This document shows positions 39,740 to 56,147 of a stretch of DNA of 64,000 nt, in pieces. The first letter of the stretch is position 1. Each line of letters opens with the position of its first letter. Below the pieces are notes generated by a model that saw only the letters and a program-made list of their open reading frames with translations, was not told the DNA's origin and did no database searches. Source of the DNA: the human T2T-CHM13v2.0 reference genome, Homo sapiens; assembly GCF_009914755.1 (NCBI RefSeq), contig NC_060943.1. The stretch is one strand, 5' to 3'. Made by a program: the position numbers and the translations under genes.

Positions 39740-40420
39740 TTCGCCCACCATGCCGGGAGCTAAAATTTCTTAACCAATGCCGGCCAGCGATGGCAGGGCT
39801 GCGGGACTACAATCCCAGCGCGCACAGGGATCAGGGACTTGTACGCATCACTGGAGGAAGCGGCACAACGGCGCGCACCTCGATGAGCTTTCTGGGAGAC
39901 GTAGTCTCATGGCAACTCCCAGCCTTTTGGCCACAAGGCTACGGGACCTACAATCCCAGCCTGTACCAGGATCGGGAGCAGTTCGCAGCACTAGAGGAAG
40001 GGGCAGGGCGGTGCGCGCCGCGCCTGATATGCTGGGAGCTGTAGTCTCTTCACGGTTTTTAGCCAATGAGTAGGTAGCTTCAGAACTACAATCCCAGTAT
40101 GCATGGGGGCGGTGCGTAGTCCTGGAGGTAGGGGCTGAGAGGTGTGGACTTACCGGTGTCCAAAGCATTGCTAGCAGCCAATTCCATGCCGCCCCGTTGC
40201 CAGGGAGAGTGAATACAGCTAGGGACGTGAAGGGTAGGTCTGGGCTGGGCATTGAGGAGGGTATTAGGCTAGGAAGTATACCTCACCTTTGTCCAAATCG
40301 GGTGGTTCGGCCTCCTCTCATTGGCCCTATGCAGCTGGGTTGCCTCTCTCACCCGCACCCAAGGGTCTTTCCAGAGTGTTGCGTCATTTCCAGCCCAGGG
40401 AGCTGCCTTCTTTCCTAAAC
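39740..40420. promoter_or_regulatory. Orphan CpG-rich promoter-like element with clustered ACTACA(n)TCCCAG motifs
   Basis: Motifs at ~39806, ~39948 and ~40085 (+) and 39892-39906, 40031-40046 (-). CCAAT boxes (~39773, ~40063), GC box GGGGCGG (~40105), TGCGTCATTTCC (~40380). Confidence 0.65.
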
Positions 40421-40903
40421 TGCAATGGAAACTGTCCTGATGTCTGAGACAATGTCCGTTGTGCCGCAGCCCTCTGCCTTCTCTAGCCAGAGCGCGAGCT
40501 CAGCTGCTTTTGAGAGAAATCAGCCACCTGGCCCACCTGTGCACAACGTCAGAGCTTTGTAGGGGGTGACAAGGACTGTGTCTTCAGGGAAATGTCACGG
40601 GCATTAGCGCCTTTTTCGCAAATGTGAAAGTTGAGAAATCAAGAAGGTTAATTATTGGGTTGCCCAAGATCTGCTAAGAGCAAAGGAGAAAACTCCGTTT
40701 CCCAGGCATGTGTCTTGTGAGCCATTTTTAAATCAACCCTCTTAAGTGGACAAGCTCCAGAACACAACATGAAGCTGATGATGACTTAGGCAATTTATGC
40801 TTGAACTCATTGGCCTCATCTCAAGTCAGTGTCTCAGAGACACAGGTGGGACCTGATCCCCAAGGAACAGATAGCATTCCAGATTCATGGGAGCAACTTT
40901 TGA

Positions 40904-41008
<105 letters not shown>

Positions 41009-41064
41009 TGAGGTAGGGAGTTCGAGACCAAACTGACCAACATGGAGAAACCCCATCTCTATTA

Positions 41065-41223
<159 letters not shown>

Positions 41224-41516
41224 TCAAAAAAAAAAAAAAAAAAAAAAAAAGGTGTGTGTAATCTTCAGTTTTCAAGATGATTACAAAGATAATATTTATA
41301 GAAAGTATGCAAAATAAAATACAATCAAAGCATGCCAATAGAAAGTTAAATAAAAATTAAGAAAGTAAAACAGGCTGGGTGTGGTGGCTCACACCTGTAA
41401 TCCCAGCACTTTGGGAGGCTGAGGCGGGTGGATCACAAGGTCAAGAGATGGAGACCATCCTGGCTAACATGGTGAAACCCTGTCTCTACTAAAAATACAA
41501 AAATTAGCTGGGCTTA

Positions 41517-41753
<237 letters not shown>

Positions 41754-42083
41754 TTAATAAATTATTTTAAATATAAATTAAGTAAACTACTTAATAAAAT
41801 GAAATGTAGTCTTAGGACTTTGGAAGGCCAAGATGGGCTGATCACTTGACCTGAGGAGTTCACCACCAGCTTGGGCAACATGGGAAAACTCTGTCTCTAC
41901 AAAAAAATACAAAAAAGCTAGCTGGGTGCGATGGCAAATACTTGTAAATCAGCTACTTGAGAGGCTGAAATGAGAGGATCATCTGAGTTTGGGAGGTTCT
42001 GGCAGCAGTGAGCCCTGCAAATCAGCCTGGTTGACCGAATGAGACCCTATTGAAATACAAATGAGGCCTGGCGCGTTGGCTCA

Positions 42084-42362
<279 letters not shown>

Positions 42363-42998
42363 CTACACTGAAAAAACACACTAATATGAAACTTCAAAAC
42401 AATAATAAGAGAAATGTTTACTCTCATAAAACCTGGTATGCAACATTGATGTATCATTAAAAAAAACTTGTCAGGCTGGGTGCAGTGGCTCACACCTGTA
42501 ATCTCAGCACTATGGGAGGCCGAGGCGGGTGGATCACCTATGGTCAGGAGTTTCAGAACAGCCTGGCCAATGTGGTGAAACCCTATCTCATATAAAAATA
42601 TAAAAACTAGCTGGGCGTGATGACGTATGCCTGTAATTCCAGCTGCTTGGGAGGCTGAGACATAAGAACTGCTTGAATCCAGGAGGTGGAGGTTGCGGTG
42701 AGCCAAGATTGCACTACTGCACTCCAGCCTGGGTGACACGGTGTCACTCCATCTCAAAAAAATAATTAAAAAATATTTGTCTCAGTAACTGCAGTATTTA
42801 GCTGTTACTGTGTACTTATTAAATGCAGGTATTTTGAATCATTGGCATGCACTGTGTGGCAATAGAATTTGAGAGAATATGCAGTATAGTTATAAATAGA
42901 TTCTAATGAGAAACTTTTAATAAAAAAGCATTTAAAAAACTAGAGTTACTTTTTATGTTTTAAATATACATTATTCTTACACAAGATGAAACTGCTGA

Positions 42999-43273
<275 letters not shown>

Positions 43274-43589
43274 TGATCCACCCGCCTCGGCCTCCCAAAG
43301 TGCTGGGATTATAGGCATGAGCCACCGAGCCCGACCTACATTGTTAAACATAGAAAAAAATATATATATATAGATATATATTTTGCAGAATAGGGTTAGA
43401 CCCTCTGATGTGTAAAACATATATTAGGAAATAAACTATGTTATTATTTAGTTATAGGCTGAAGAAAGTAGATAAAAATCTTATAATTCCTTATTGCCTG
43501 CAGCAAACTTAAATTTATAAGTAACTATTTTAGTAAATATGGAGTGCCTACTAATTATCTCATTTACTTCTGGCATACCATGCAAATCA

Positions 43590-43676
43590 TCTCACATCTC
43601 ACATCTCTTCATAGTCAAAGGTTTTTTTTTCCTTGCTCCAGACAGGTGATCAGGTCTTGCTTAGAGACAACAATAC
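43590..43676 (-). pseudogene. Disrupted KRAB-B exon of the orphan copy
   Basis: aaaacag|GTATTGTTGTCTCTAAGCAAGACC... = GIVVSKQDLITCLEQGKK. An A9 run (T9 at 43622-43630) puts the following PLTMKR out of frame, and the normal 3' end and donor (..AKPP|gtagg) are missing. Confidence 0.85.
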
Positions 43677-44161
43677 CTGTTTTATTAAAAATAAGAAACA
43701 TAAATCTTGCTCGCATTCTCTAATTACAAGCTAGTAATGTGCTCGGCAGAGAGGATGTGATAAAATAGTCTAGTAAATTAATACAAAAATACTAAGTTAT
43801 AAAAGAAATTTCTAAATATTTAGAAAATACTTTCAATTTGTAGGTTTCTTAATTTTACTATCTGGTACTATTGAATCAAAAATTGGTGGTGGCAATTAGA
43901 TTTTCAGGTGTGGCAACAATCAATATTTTATGCCACTAAATTTCTGGAATTGCCACTAATTTACAGTGAAGAATACAGCTCAACTCAGGAATGTGGAAAG
44001 TTAGGATTATGATGAAACATCTTGAAATTCTTATCTAAATGAACAAATTTTGAAGATTTTCTGGGAAAAGGGGATCTGAAACTCTTTTATGCAAAGAATA
44101 AATGACTAAAACACATTCTACAAAAATGAGAAATAAAACCTTTAGGGTATATTATGAATTA

Positions 44162-44395
<234 letters not shown>

Positions 44396-44863
44396 TTAAT
44401 TTGACTTAAGGTGTAATGACAAAGTAAAGAGAACTGGCTCTGACTTATGGGACTGACTAAAATTATCCAATAAAATAATTTTCAACACAGAAATATTCTC
44501 TAATGTATTCTCTAACTGAGAAAAAAGAGCAGCATAAGATCCACAACATCAGTTCTTATAATGATATTTTTCTAGATAATAAGTATAAAATTAAGGGCGT
44601 GAACAGAACATGTGTATATATATATTTTTTTTTTGGAGGGGGATGGGGTCTCACTCTGTTGCTCAGGCTGGAGTGCACTGGCTCAATCTTGGCTCACTGC
44701 AACCTCCACCTCCCCCAGGTGCAAGAGATTCTTCTGCCTCAGCCTCCCTAGTAGCTAGGATTACAGGCATCTGCCACCACGACTGGCTAATTTTTGTATT
44801 TATAGTAGAGACGGGGTTTCACTATGTTAGCCAGGCTGGTCTTGAACTCCTGACATCATGATC

Positions 44864-45364
44864 TGTTGGGAACAGGATCCCCAAAATCTGGCCATAAACT
44901 GGCCATAAACAAAATCTCTGCAGCACTGTGACATGTTTGTGATTGCCATGATGCCCACGCTGGAAGGTTGTGGGTTTACCGGAATGAGGGCAAAGAACAC
45001 CTGGTCCACCCAGGGCAGAGAACCATGTAAAGGCATTCTTAAACCACAAACAATAACATGAGTGATCTCTGCCTTAAGGACATGCTCCTGCTGCAGATAA
45101 CTAGCCAGACTCATTCCTTTACTTCAGCCCATCCCTTTATTTCCCATAAGGAATACTTTTAGTTAATCTATAATCTATAGAAACAATGCTTATCACTGGC
45201 TTGCTGTTAATAAATATGTGGGTAAACCTCTGCTCCAGGCTCTCAGCTCTGAAGGCTGTTAGAACCCTGATTTCCCACTCTACACCTCTATATTTCTGTG
45301 TGTGTGTCTTTAATTCCTCTAGCACCGCTGGGTTAGGGTCTCCCTGACCGAGCTGGTCTCGGGA
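44864..45364 (+). mobile_element. Solo MER9 (HML-3, class II) LTR inserted inside an Alu
   Basis: Starts TGTTGGGAACAGG...CCAAAATCTGGCCATAAACTGGCC; 6-bp TSD ATGATC (44858-44863 and 45365-45370); Alu sequence resumes on both sides. Confidence 0.88.
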
Positions 45365-45368
45365 ATGA

Positions 45369-45515
<147 letters not shown>

Positions 45516-47336
45516 TAGAAGGCACCTCTCCAATTTTAATATGTACAGTAAGTTGAAGACCTTGTTTTGCAGGTTTCTTTTTTCCAGAAGATCTTTAATA
45601 AAGTCTGATTTTTAAATTAATTAATTAATTGATTGATTTTGAGATGGTGTTTTGCTCTTGTTGCCCAGCCTGGTGTGCCACCACACCTGGCTAATTTTTG
45701 TATTATTAGTAGAGATGGTATTTCACCATATTGGCTAGTCTGGTCTCAAGCTCCTGACCTCATGATCCACCTGTCCAGGCCCCCCACCAAACTGTTGGGA
45801 TTCCAGACATGAGCCACCATACCTGGCATTTTTAGGGAAATTTTATTAGAAAATAAATATGTACACTTAGCAAGGTAAAGGAAATACAAATTTTACAGCC
45901 GGGTATGGTGGCTTACACATGTATTCCCAGCACTTTGGGAGGCCGAGGCCAGCAGATCACGAGTTCAGTAGTTTGAGACAAGCCTGACCAACCTGGTGAA
46001 ACACCATCTCTACTAAAAATACAAAAATTAGCTGGGCACAGTGGCAGGCACCTCACCTGTAATCCCAGCTACTCAGGAAGCTGAAGCAGGAGAATCACTT
46101 GAACCAGGGCAGCAGAGGTTTCAGTCAGCCGAGATCACACCACTACACTCCAGCCTGGGTGACAGAGACTCCATTTAAAAAAAAAAAAAGAAATTATAAT
46201 AACAATTCTTCTGTTCCTAAATGTGCCTTCAGATGTAGAATCAGAAGTCACAACAATATAAAGAAAGTGGCCTAAATAAAGCCCAAGGTGTTGGACACAT
46301 CTTTTTATTGTACCAACCATATGATGCACAATTCAATTATTTATCCACTCGCTAGTGTAGACTAAAAGTTTCTGGATTGTAGAAACTATGACTGCTTCAT
46401 GTATTTTTTTTAATGGCCATGTGAAATTGAAGCAACTAGTTTATCTATTTCGGTCTTCAGATCTCCTCCTTGTTTATTATCCAAGTACCAGGAAACTGGA
46501 GAAACTCTCATCTGGGTACCAACCAAAGACACCTCTTGTATGAGGGGATGAACAAACACAGATGACTCATTTCTCATACACTGAGACAGAAGCAGAATTA
46601 ACCACTCTTGTCAGCCTGACACAATTCTGCATTGTACATCCTCAAATGCCTCAAAGACACCTAGGTGATTTTGAGGGAATTCCCAGTGACCCTGGGCTGA
46701 TAGTCCAATGATAAGCCACTCTGGAGAGACTCAGGCTGATTCTAAATAGAAAATGGAACTGCCTTGGTGGAACTCCAGAACCTGGATCATTTGTCCTTAT
46801 TTGCTAGCTCTTGGATAAAAGAAAGAACAAAAATACTAATTTTTCAGGTAAAATACAAAAATCACATTTTAAAGGCAAATATAGTTGTGGTCATGGCTCT
46901 GGATGTTTTGCGGCCTTGATCTCTCACTCCTAAGATGCTTATTTATAGTTACAGATTCTGCCATCAGATTCTATTTCCTCCTGGGTCCTCTCACATAACT
47001 GTAGCAGGTGAACATAATATGAAAAATCTCAAAGAACCACACTCCCGAATGGGGGCTGTAAGATGTGTATGTTGATATCTCACAATGCAGAAAATGCCTT
47101 TTGTTAGTTTTCTGTACATTCTTTATCCAAACTCTGGCCCTTATTTGTAAATCCGAAGCAGAGCCCAGACCTTATCTGCAGATTCTAGGTAGGATCCACC
47201 TGGCTCTGCATCCTTTGGTGTTACAACAAGTGGAGTACAATCAAAGAAGAGATCCCCTCATAGAGGCTGCTCTAGCACATTCTAAATGATAAGTCTACAT
47301 GAAAAAAAAAAGCTGACACAAGATGAATGTAAGTAC

Positions 47337-47789
47337 TGTCAGGCCTCTGAGCCCAAGCCTAGCCATCGCATCCCCTGTGACTTACATGTATACGCCCAGA
47401 TGGCCTGAAGTAACTGAAGAATAACAAAAGAAGTGAAAATGCCCTGCCCCACCTTAACTGATGACATTCCACCACAAAAGAAGTGAAAATGGCTGGTCCT
47501 TGCCTTAAGTGATGACATTACCTTGTGAAAGTCCTTTTCCTGGCTCATCCTGGCTCAAAAAGCTCCGCCACTGAGCACCTTGTGACCTCCACTCCTGCCT
47601 GCCAGAGAAAAAAACCCCCTTTGACTGTAATTTTCCTCCACCTACCGAAATCTTATAAAACAGCCCCACCCCTATCTCCCTTCGCTGACTCTCTTTTCGG
47701 ACTCAGCCCGCCTGCACCCAGGTGATTAAAAGCTGTTATTGCTCACACAAAACCTGTTTGGTGGTCTCTTCACATGGACGTGCATGAAA
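47337..47789 (+). mobile_element. Solo LTR7 (HERV-H LTR)
   Basis: Termini TGTCAGGCCTCTGAGCCCAAGC...GCATGAAA; 5-bp TSD AGTAC (47332-47336 and 47790-47794). Confidence 0.93.
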
Positions 47790-47953
47790 AGTACACAGTT
47801 TATTTGGGTCAAGTTTATGGATTACAACCTGGGAGCAAAGATTCAAGTTGTCTGAAACCTCTACTGTGATCAGCAGCAGTTACAGGAAGATTTGTAAAGA
47901 CAACAAGAGAGGAACAGAGAGTGGGCTGATACAAAGTTGATTGTCAGAAATTG

Positions 47954-50181
<2,228 letters not shown>

Positions 50182-50452
50182 AACAGGAGGTAGTTTTGCA
50201 GCTTGAAGCCAAGTGCCTGCTGAAGGTAGGCTTTCACTCTGCTACAAAAAAGTTTCAGTAGGATTCTATATTTTTGGCTATTTACATTTTAGAGCAGTGG
50301 CTCTGTACTCACTGGCACTTGGCTACAGCACTCCTGCTTGCTTTCTCCTGGTTGCTAGTGTCCTCTATTCACCTCTACCATCTGCCACTGAGGCACAGCC
50401 AACAGCACAGCTCACATTTTATGTGAACCCCATTTGCCACAGCAGCACTCTA

Positions 50453-50993
50453 GTGTCACATGAGCGAGTGAGGCCTGAGCTGCAGGAGGAGAGCCTGCAG
50501 GCCTCATGGGTAGAATTACACCTTCACAATAATGGAAATGGGAGTAGTGTTTCAGCCTCAGTTTCCACTTATAATGGTGACAAGGAAAAAATACTGCTGA
50601 ATTTCCAGCCTGAGTCCAGATAGAGATAGCTCCAAAAGTTCTCACTGTGACAGCCCACCCCATTCAGACACCATGGGATACTAATACTAACAGGGCTTCT
50701 GAAACAGACAAAGCATTGGAGAGAAAAACAGATCTCCATCTGAGCGAGATTATTTTGAGAGAAGAAAGTTAAAAAGATTTTAAGAAAAAGCTCAGATTAG
50801 ATATGAGATTGATCAAGTCAGTCAGAAAATATTCCCTTAAAAGAAATTTCTGTCTAAACACCCAAACCGCACAGCTACTCTCAGCATGAGAAACATGAGC
50901 AATATGAAGAAAGGTGGCAGAATTTCAGAAGAATTTTATAAAGTTTCTTTTCCATCTCTGCTGCTTTCTCATCTCCTAGCCATTGAATAGGGG
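50453..50993 (+). pseudogene. Second BNIP3 processed pseudogene copy (3' truncated)
   Basis: [40 protein letters not shown]... then stop at 50621-50623. Homology continues through [13 protein letters not shown] and [11 protein letters not shown]. The start codon is degraded to GTG. Confidence 0.92.
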
Positions 50994-51229
50994 TTCTATC
51001 TCTTTTTTACCCTCTCTCTTTTTGAATGTATTCAACAACGTTTACTTTGGTAATAGTGCATTATCAATACTAAAGCTAATTTTAATAACACTTTATAAAT
51101 AAATAAAATTTGTCAATTTTGACCACTCCAGATTTACATATATATTTTGTAATCTCTTGTAATTTTTTGTCTGTATTTCATTTTTATCCATATTCTTTTT
51201 TTTAAACTATATTTGTAATGCTTTATTTC

Positions 51230-52643
51230 TTTTTTTTTTTTTTTTAATTGATCATTCTTGGGTGTTTCTCGCAGAGGGGGATTTGGCAGGGTCATAGGAC
51301 AATAGTGGAGGGAAGGTCAGCAGATAAACAAGTGAACAAAGGTCTCTGGTTTTCCTAGGCAGAGGACCCTGCGGCCTTCCGCAGTGTTTGTGTCCCTGGG
51401 TACTTGAGATTAGGGAGTGGTGATGACTCTTAACCAGCATGCTGCCTTCAAGCATCTGTTTAACAAAGCACATCTTGCACCGCCCTTAATCCATTTAACC
51501 CTGAGTGGACACAGCACATGTTTCAGAGAGCACAGGGTTGAGGGTAAGGTCATAGATCAACAGGATCCCAAGGCAGAAGAATTTTTCTTAGTACAGAACA
51601 AGATGAAAAGTCTCCCATGTCTACTTCTTTCTACACAGACACAGCCACCATCCGATTTCTCAATCTTTTCCCCACCTTTCCCCCTTTTCTATTCCACAAA
51701 ACCGCCCTTGTGATCATGGCCTGTTCTCAATGAGCTGTTGGGTGCACCTCCCAGACGGGGTGGTGGCCGGGCAGAGGGGCTCCTCACTTCCCAGTAGGGG
51801 CGGCCGGGCAGAGGCGCCCCTCACCTCCCAGACAGGGCGGCTGGCCTGGTGGGGGCTGACCCCCACCTCCCTCCCGGATGGGGTGGCTGCCGGGCAGAGA
51901 CGCTCCTCACTTCCCAGTCGGGGTGGCTGCTGGGCGGAGGGGCTCCTCACTTCTCAGACGGGGCGGCTGCCAGGCGGAGGGTCTCCTCACTTCTCAGACG
52001 GGGCGGCCGGGCAGAGGCGCTCCCCACATCTCAGATGATGGGCGGCCGGGCAGAGACGCTCCTCACTTCCTAGATGGGATGACGGCCGGGCAGAGATGCT
52101 CCTCACTTTCCAGACTGGGCAGCCAGGCAGAGGGGCTCCTCACATGCCAGACGATGGGCGGCCAGGCAGAGACGCTCCTCACTTCCCAGACGGGGTGGCG
52201 GCCGGGCAGAGGCTGCAATCTCGGCACTTTGGGAGGCCAAGGCAGGCGGCTGGGAGGTGGAGGTTGTAGCCAGCCGAGATCACGCCACTGCACTCCAGCC
52301 TGGGCACCATTGAGCACTGAGTGAACGAGACTCCGTCTGCAATCCAGACACCTCGGGAGGCCAAGGCTGGCGGATCACTCGCGGTGAGGAGCTGAAGACC
52401 AGCCCGGCCAACACAGCGAAACCCCGTCTCCAAAAAAAAAATACGAAAACCAGTCAGGCGTGGTGGCGAGCGCCTGCAATCGCAGGCACTTGGCAGGCTG
52501 AGGCAGGAGAATCAGGCAGGGAGGTGCAGTGAGCCGAGATGGCAGCATTACAGTCCAGCTTCTGCTCGGCATCAGAGGGAGACCATGGAAAGAGAGGGAG
52601 AGGGAGACCGTGGGGAGAGGGAAAGGGAGAGGGAGAGGGAGAG
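51230..52643 (-). mobile_element. Full-length SVA retrotransposon
   Basis: On the minus strand: (CCCTCT)n hexamer ~52590-52643, Alu-like domain ~52200-52590, GC-rich VNTR ~51740-52200, SINE-R ~51246-51740, poly(A) 51230-51245. Candidate TSD ATTCTTTTT (51192-51200 and 52646-52654). Confidence 0.96.
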
Positions 52644-53054
52644 CCATTCTTTTTATTTTTTCAATTTGAAACACCCTTTAAGTAATTTCAAACTGTTATA
52701 GGAGATAGAAAGAAATCATTTTTGGGAGGCCGAGGCAGGTGGATCACTTGAGGTCAGGAGTTCACCACCAGCCTGGACAACATGGTGAAATCCTGTCTCT
52801 GCTAAAAACACACACACACACACACACAAAATTTAGGGAGTGCTGGCTCACGCCTGTAATCCCAACATTTTAGGAGGCCGAGGTGGGCAGATCACTTGAG
52901 GTCAGGAGTTCAAGACCAGCCTGGCCAACATGGTGAAACCCCATTTCTACTAAAAATACAAAAAAATTAGCTGGGTGTGGTGGTGCATACCTGTAGTCCC
53001 AGCTACTATGGAGGCTGAGGCAGGAGAATCACTTGAACCCAGAAGGCAGAGTAG

Positions 53055-53122
53055 TGTAACTGCCCAAGGGGTTCACCTTGCCCTTTGCCTAGACAGAGCC
53101 AATTCATCAAGACAGGAAAATT
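53055..53122 (-). mobile_element. LTR8-like terminal fragment interrupted by the class III ERV
   Basis: TGTAACTGCCCAAGGGGTTCACCTTGCCC...AGACAGAGCC...CAAGACAGG, recalled as an LTR8-family terminus; it truncates the preceding Alu mid right arm. Confidence 0.55.
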
Positions 53123-53139
53123 TGTGGAGGAAAAGTTAA

Positions 53140-53565
<426 letters not shown>

Positions 53566-55339
53566 TCAATCTATTCCTATATATTAGTTGTTGAAAAACA
53601 ATAGAGAATTGCAAAAGCAAGTTGACTTTTTTGTGTTGCTTGAGCCCAATCATGAACGACTCTCTTGACTGGGCCTTATGCCAAACAACTCATTACCAAA
53701 GAGCTAGGGTCCCAGAGTGTGCCCAAGCTTCATGAGACCTCTCCTCATCTGTGCATAGATGAGTGTCTGATTCTGGAGCCCAGACTGTTGCTTCCCACTC
53801 TGGTGGTGAATCCTCCATAGTCTGGCGAGCATAATATATATATCTCTTTTCCCTTCTCCTCTTTCCATTGCAATTTGCTTATTGTATCAATCTGCTTATT
53901 TCATTGATTTGCTTATCTCATTTGCTTATTATATCTGCATTTCCATTTATGTAGGATAAAGCTTGTTGACCTTTAAAGGTATTGTGTGTGTGTCTTTTCT
54001 TCTCCCCTTGCGCGTTTCCCACACAGAACATTTTTGGCATCACAAACAGGATTTGAAAACCAAACTGCCACTTTTTGGCCACAATGACAGAGCTGGAAAC
54101 TCGAGGAATTCCCATATCCAGGAATGGGAACTCCCCCAGTTCTCACCTTTGGGGACTGAATGGTTAAGGGGAACTGGTCTTTGTGGGAACTGAGAATCTA
54201 AATTAGTGCAATTTAAACCTTTGACTGTGCGGGAAGTGCTGCAGGGGATTCCAGTGAGCAAAGGAGATGCTGAGGGATCTCCCGGAGTGGATGGTGTTTG
54301 CTTACTGCTTATAAGTTAATGTATCAAGATAGGGGCTGGTTGCTACAAGAGAAAAGGTAAGCTGGAAAAAAAAATGCTAATCCAACTTCCAGACTGACCC
54401 TGGCCCAAAGCCAGGCCTATGTATTGACTGATCAGGCTCAAAGATATCAGCCTATTGATGAAAAAAGCAGCTGTCCCAATGGTCTTATCAGGGTAAAATT
54501 GAAGAACTAATCAGCTGGGGCCTGGAGCAGGTAAAAACCCAGCTCTTATCTCAAGGATAGGAAATTAACCTTAGTAAAATTCAAGGACAAGCACAAACTG
54601 TAAAATTCCTCAGCATTCTATGGAATGCAGGGAAATAGTCCATTTTACCAAAGGCCAAGGCTAAAATACTAGAATTTGCAACCCCTACCACTAAAAAGGA
54701 GGCCCAGAAATGTATTGGCTTGTTTGGATTCTGGAGACATGATATTCCTCACTTGGGTAACATTTTACAACCTCTGCATGCAGCCACTAGAAAACGCTAT
54801 GACTTTCTTTGGGGAGAGAAAGAGAGCATGGCTTCTGAACAAGCTAAACAAGTGGGTCAACTGGCCCTGGGTCTATGACCTGTACGGGATGGGCCAGTAG
54901 AACTGCAAGTAACTGTCCTAAATCAACATGCTAATTGGAGCCTTAGGCAGAAGCAAGATGGGAAGAGGGTACCTTTCAGGTTTTGGAACCAGAAACTGCC
55001 AGAGGATGACAAAGCTTATACCCGTTTCGAGAAGCAATTGTTAGCTTGCTATTGGGTTTTGCTGGAAACGAAACACCTCTGCTTCAACCATGATGTCTTT
55101 ATGAGGCCTGAAATTCCTACTATGACTTGAGTCATGGGTTCCCCCAAAACTCACCAGATAGGGCATGCCCAAGAAAGTAGCATCATAGAATGGAAATGGT
55201 ATGTACAAGAGCATGCTAAGCCAAAGCGTATCATTTTTACATGAGGATGTGCAAAACTTGCCAGCTCGGGAGATCACCAAGGAAGTCCTGCAGGTAGGGA
55301 AGGAAACCTCTCCCACCCAATGGGGCAACTCCTTTAAAG

Positions 55340-55935
55340 TGTAAAGCCCAATCTTGTATTAACACGAATAGACTTTCCCTTAGATACCTAACCTTGTTTT
55401 TAACATGAATAGACTCTCCCTTAGCTGAGAGAACCGGAAGAACTCCATTTGGCTCCTTCATTTACAAGACATCAAGTGCTCCTTACCCAGCCCCTTTCCT
55501 CAAGGACTTAACTTGTGCAAGCTGACTCTCAATATATCAAAGAGTGCAATTAACTGATAAGGTGCTGAGGCAAGCGAAGTCCGCTGGAATTTGCTCGGAG
55601 ATGGTGCCATAAAGCCCCCGCATTTTGTCCGGTAGATAACACGCAGAGCCCCCGCACCTATCACTTTGTGATGAAATAAAAGCCCCTGCACCTGGAACTG
55701 TTTGTTTTCCTGTAACCATTTATCTTTTTAACTTTTTTTGTCTGTTTTTCTTCTGTAAGATTGCTGCAGCTAGAATTCCCCCTCCCCTCTGTAAACCCAA
55801 GTATAAAAGAAAATCTAGCCCCTTCTTCGGGGCTGAGAGAATTTCGTGCGTCAGCCATCTCTCGGTCGCCGGCTAATAAAGGACTCTTGAATTTGTCTCA
55901 AAGTGTGGCGATTTCTAACTCGCTCAGGTACAACA
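55340..55935 (+). mobile_element. Solo LTR, LTR6-like (HERV-S71/HERV-T group), nested in ERV pol
   Basis: TG...CA termini, TATA-like box and AATAAA, 3' end AAAGTGTGGCG...CTAACTCGCTCAGGTACAACA; 4-bp TSD AAAG (55336-55339 and 55936-55939). Confidence 0.8.
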
Positions 55936-56147
55936 AAAGAACTAAGCCTAGAGGATCAGAAACATGCTTGATTTATGATGGATCCACCAAATACATTGGT
56001 GGGACCCGATGCTGGAAGGCTGTGGCTTATAACCCTGTTAAAAAGGTAAGCACTTCTGATGAAAGAAGGGGTGGGAGCAGCAAGTTAGCTGAACTAGTAG
56101 CCATCCTCTGAGCTATACAGGAGGAAGCCAGAGGGATTTGTCACTTG

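Noticed and set aside
39421-40418. ORFs across the orphan CpG element
   Set aside because: No recognisable domain; GC-rich open frames on both strands are expected by chance.
50213-50623. 136-aa ORF retaining the BNIP3 LIR motif (SWVEL)
   Set aside because: Starts at GTG with no in-frame ATG, has a premature stop and no TM domain; it is a pseudogene remnant.
51252-52674. Cluster of ORFs and ~40-bp repeats that could be mistaken for a CRISPR-like array or repeat protein
   Set aside because: This is the SVA VNTR and Alu-like domain; there are no unique spacers and the context is eukaryotic.
54035-54057. tRNA-like sequence
   Set aside because: It is a retroviral primer-binding site, not a tRNA gene.
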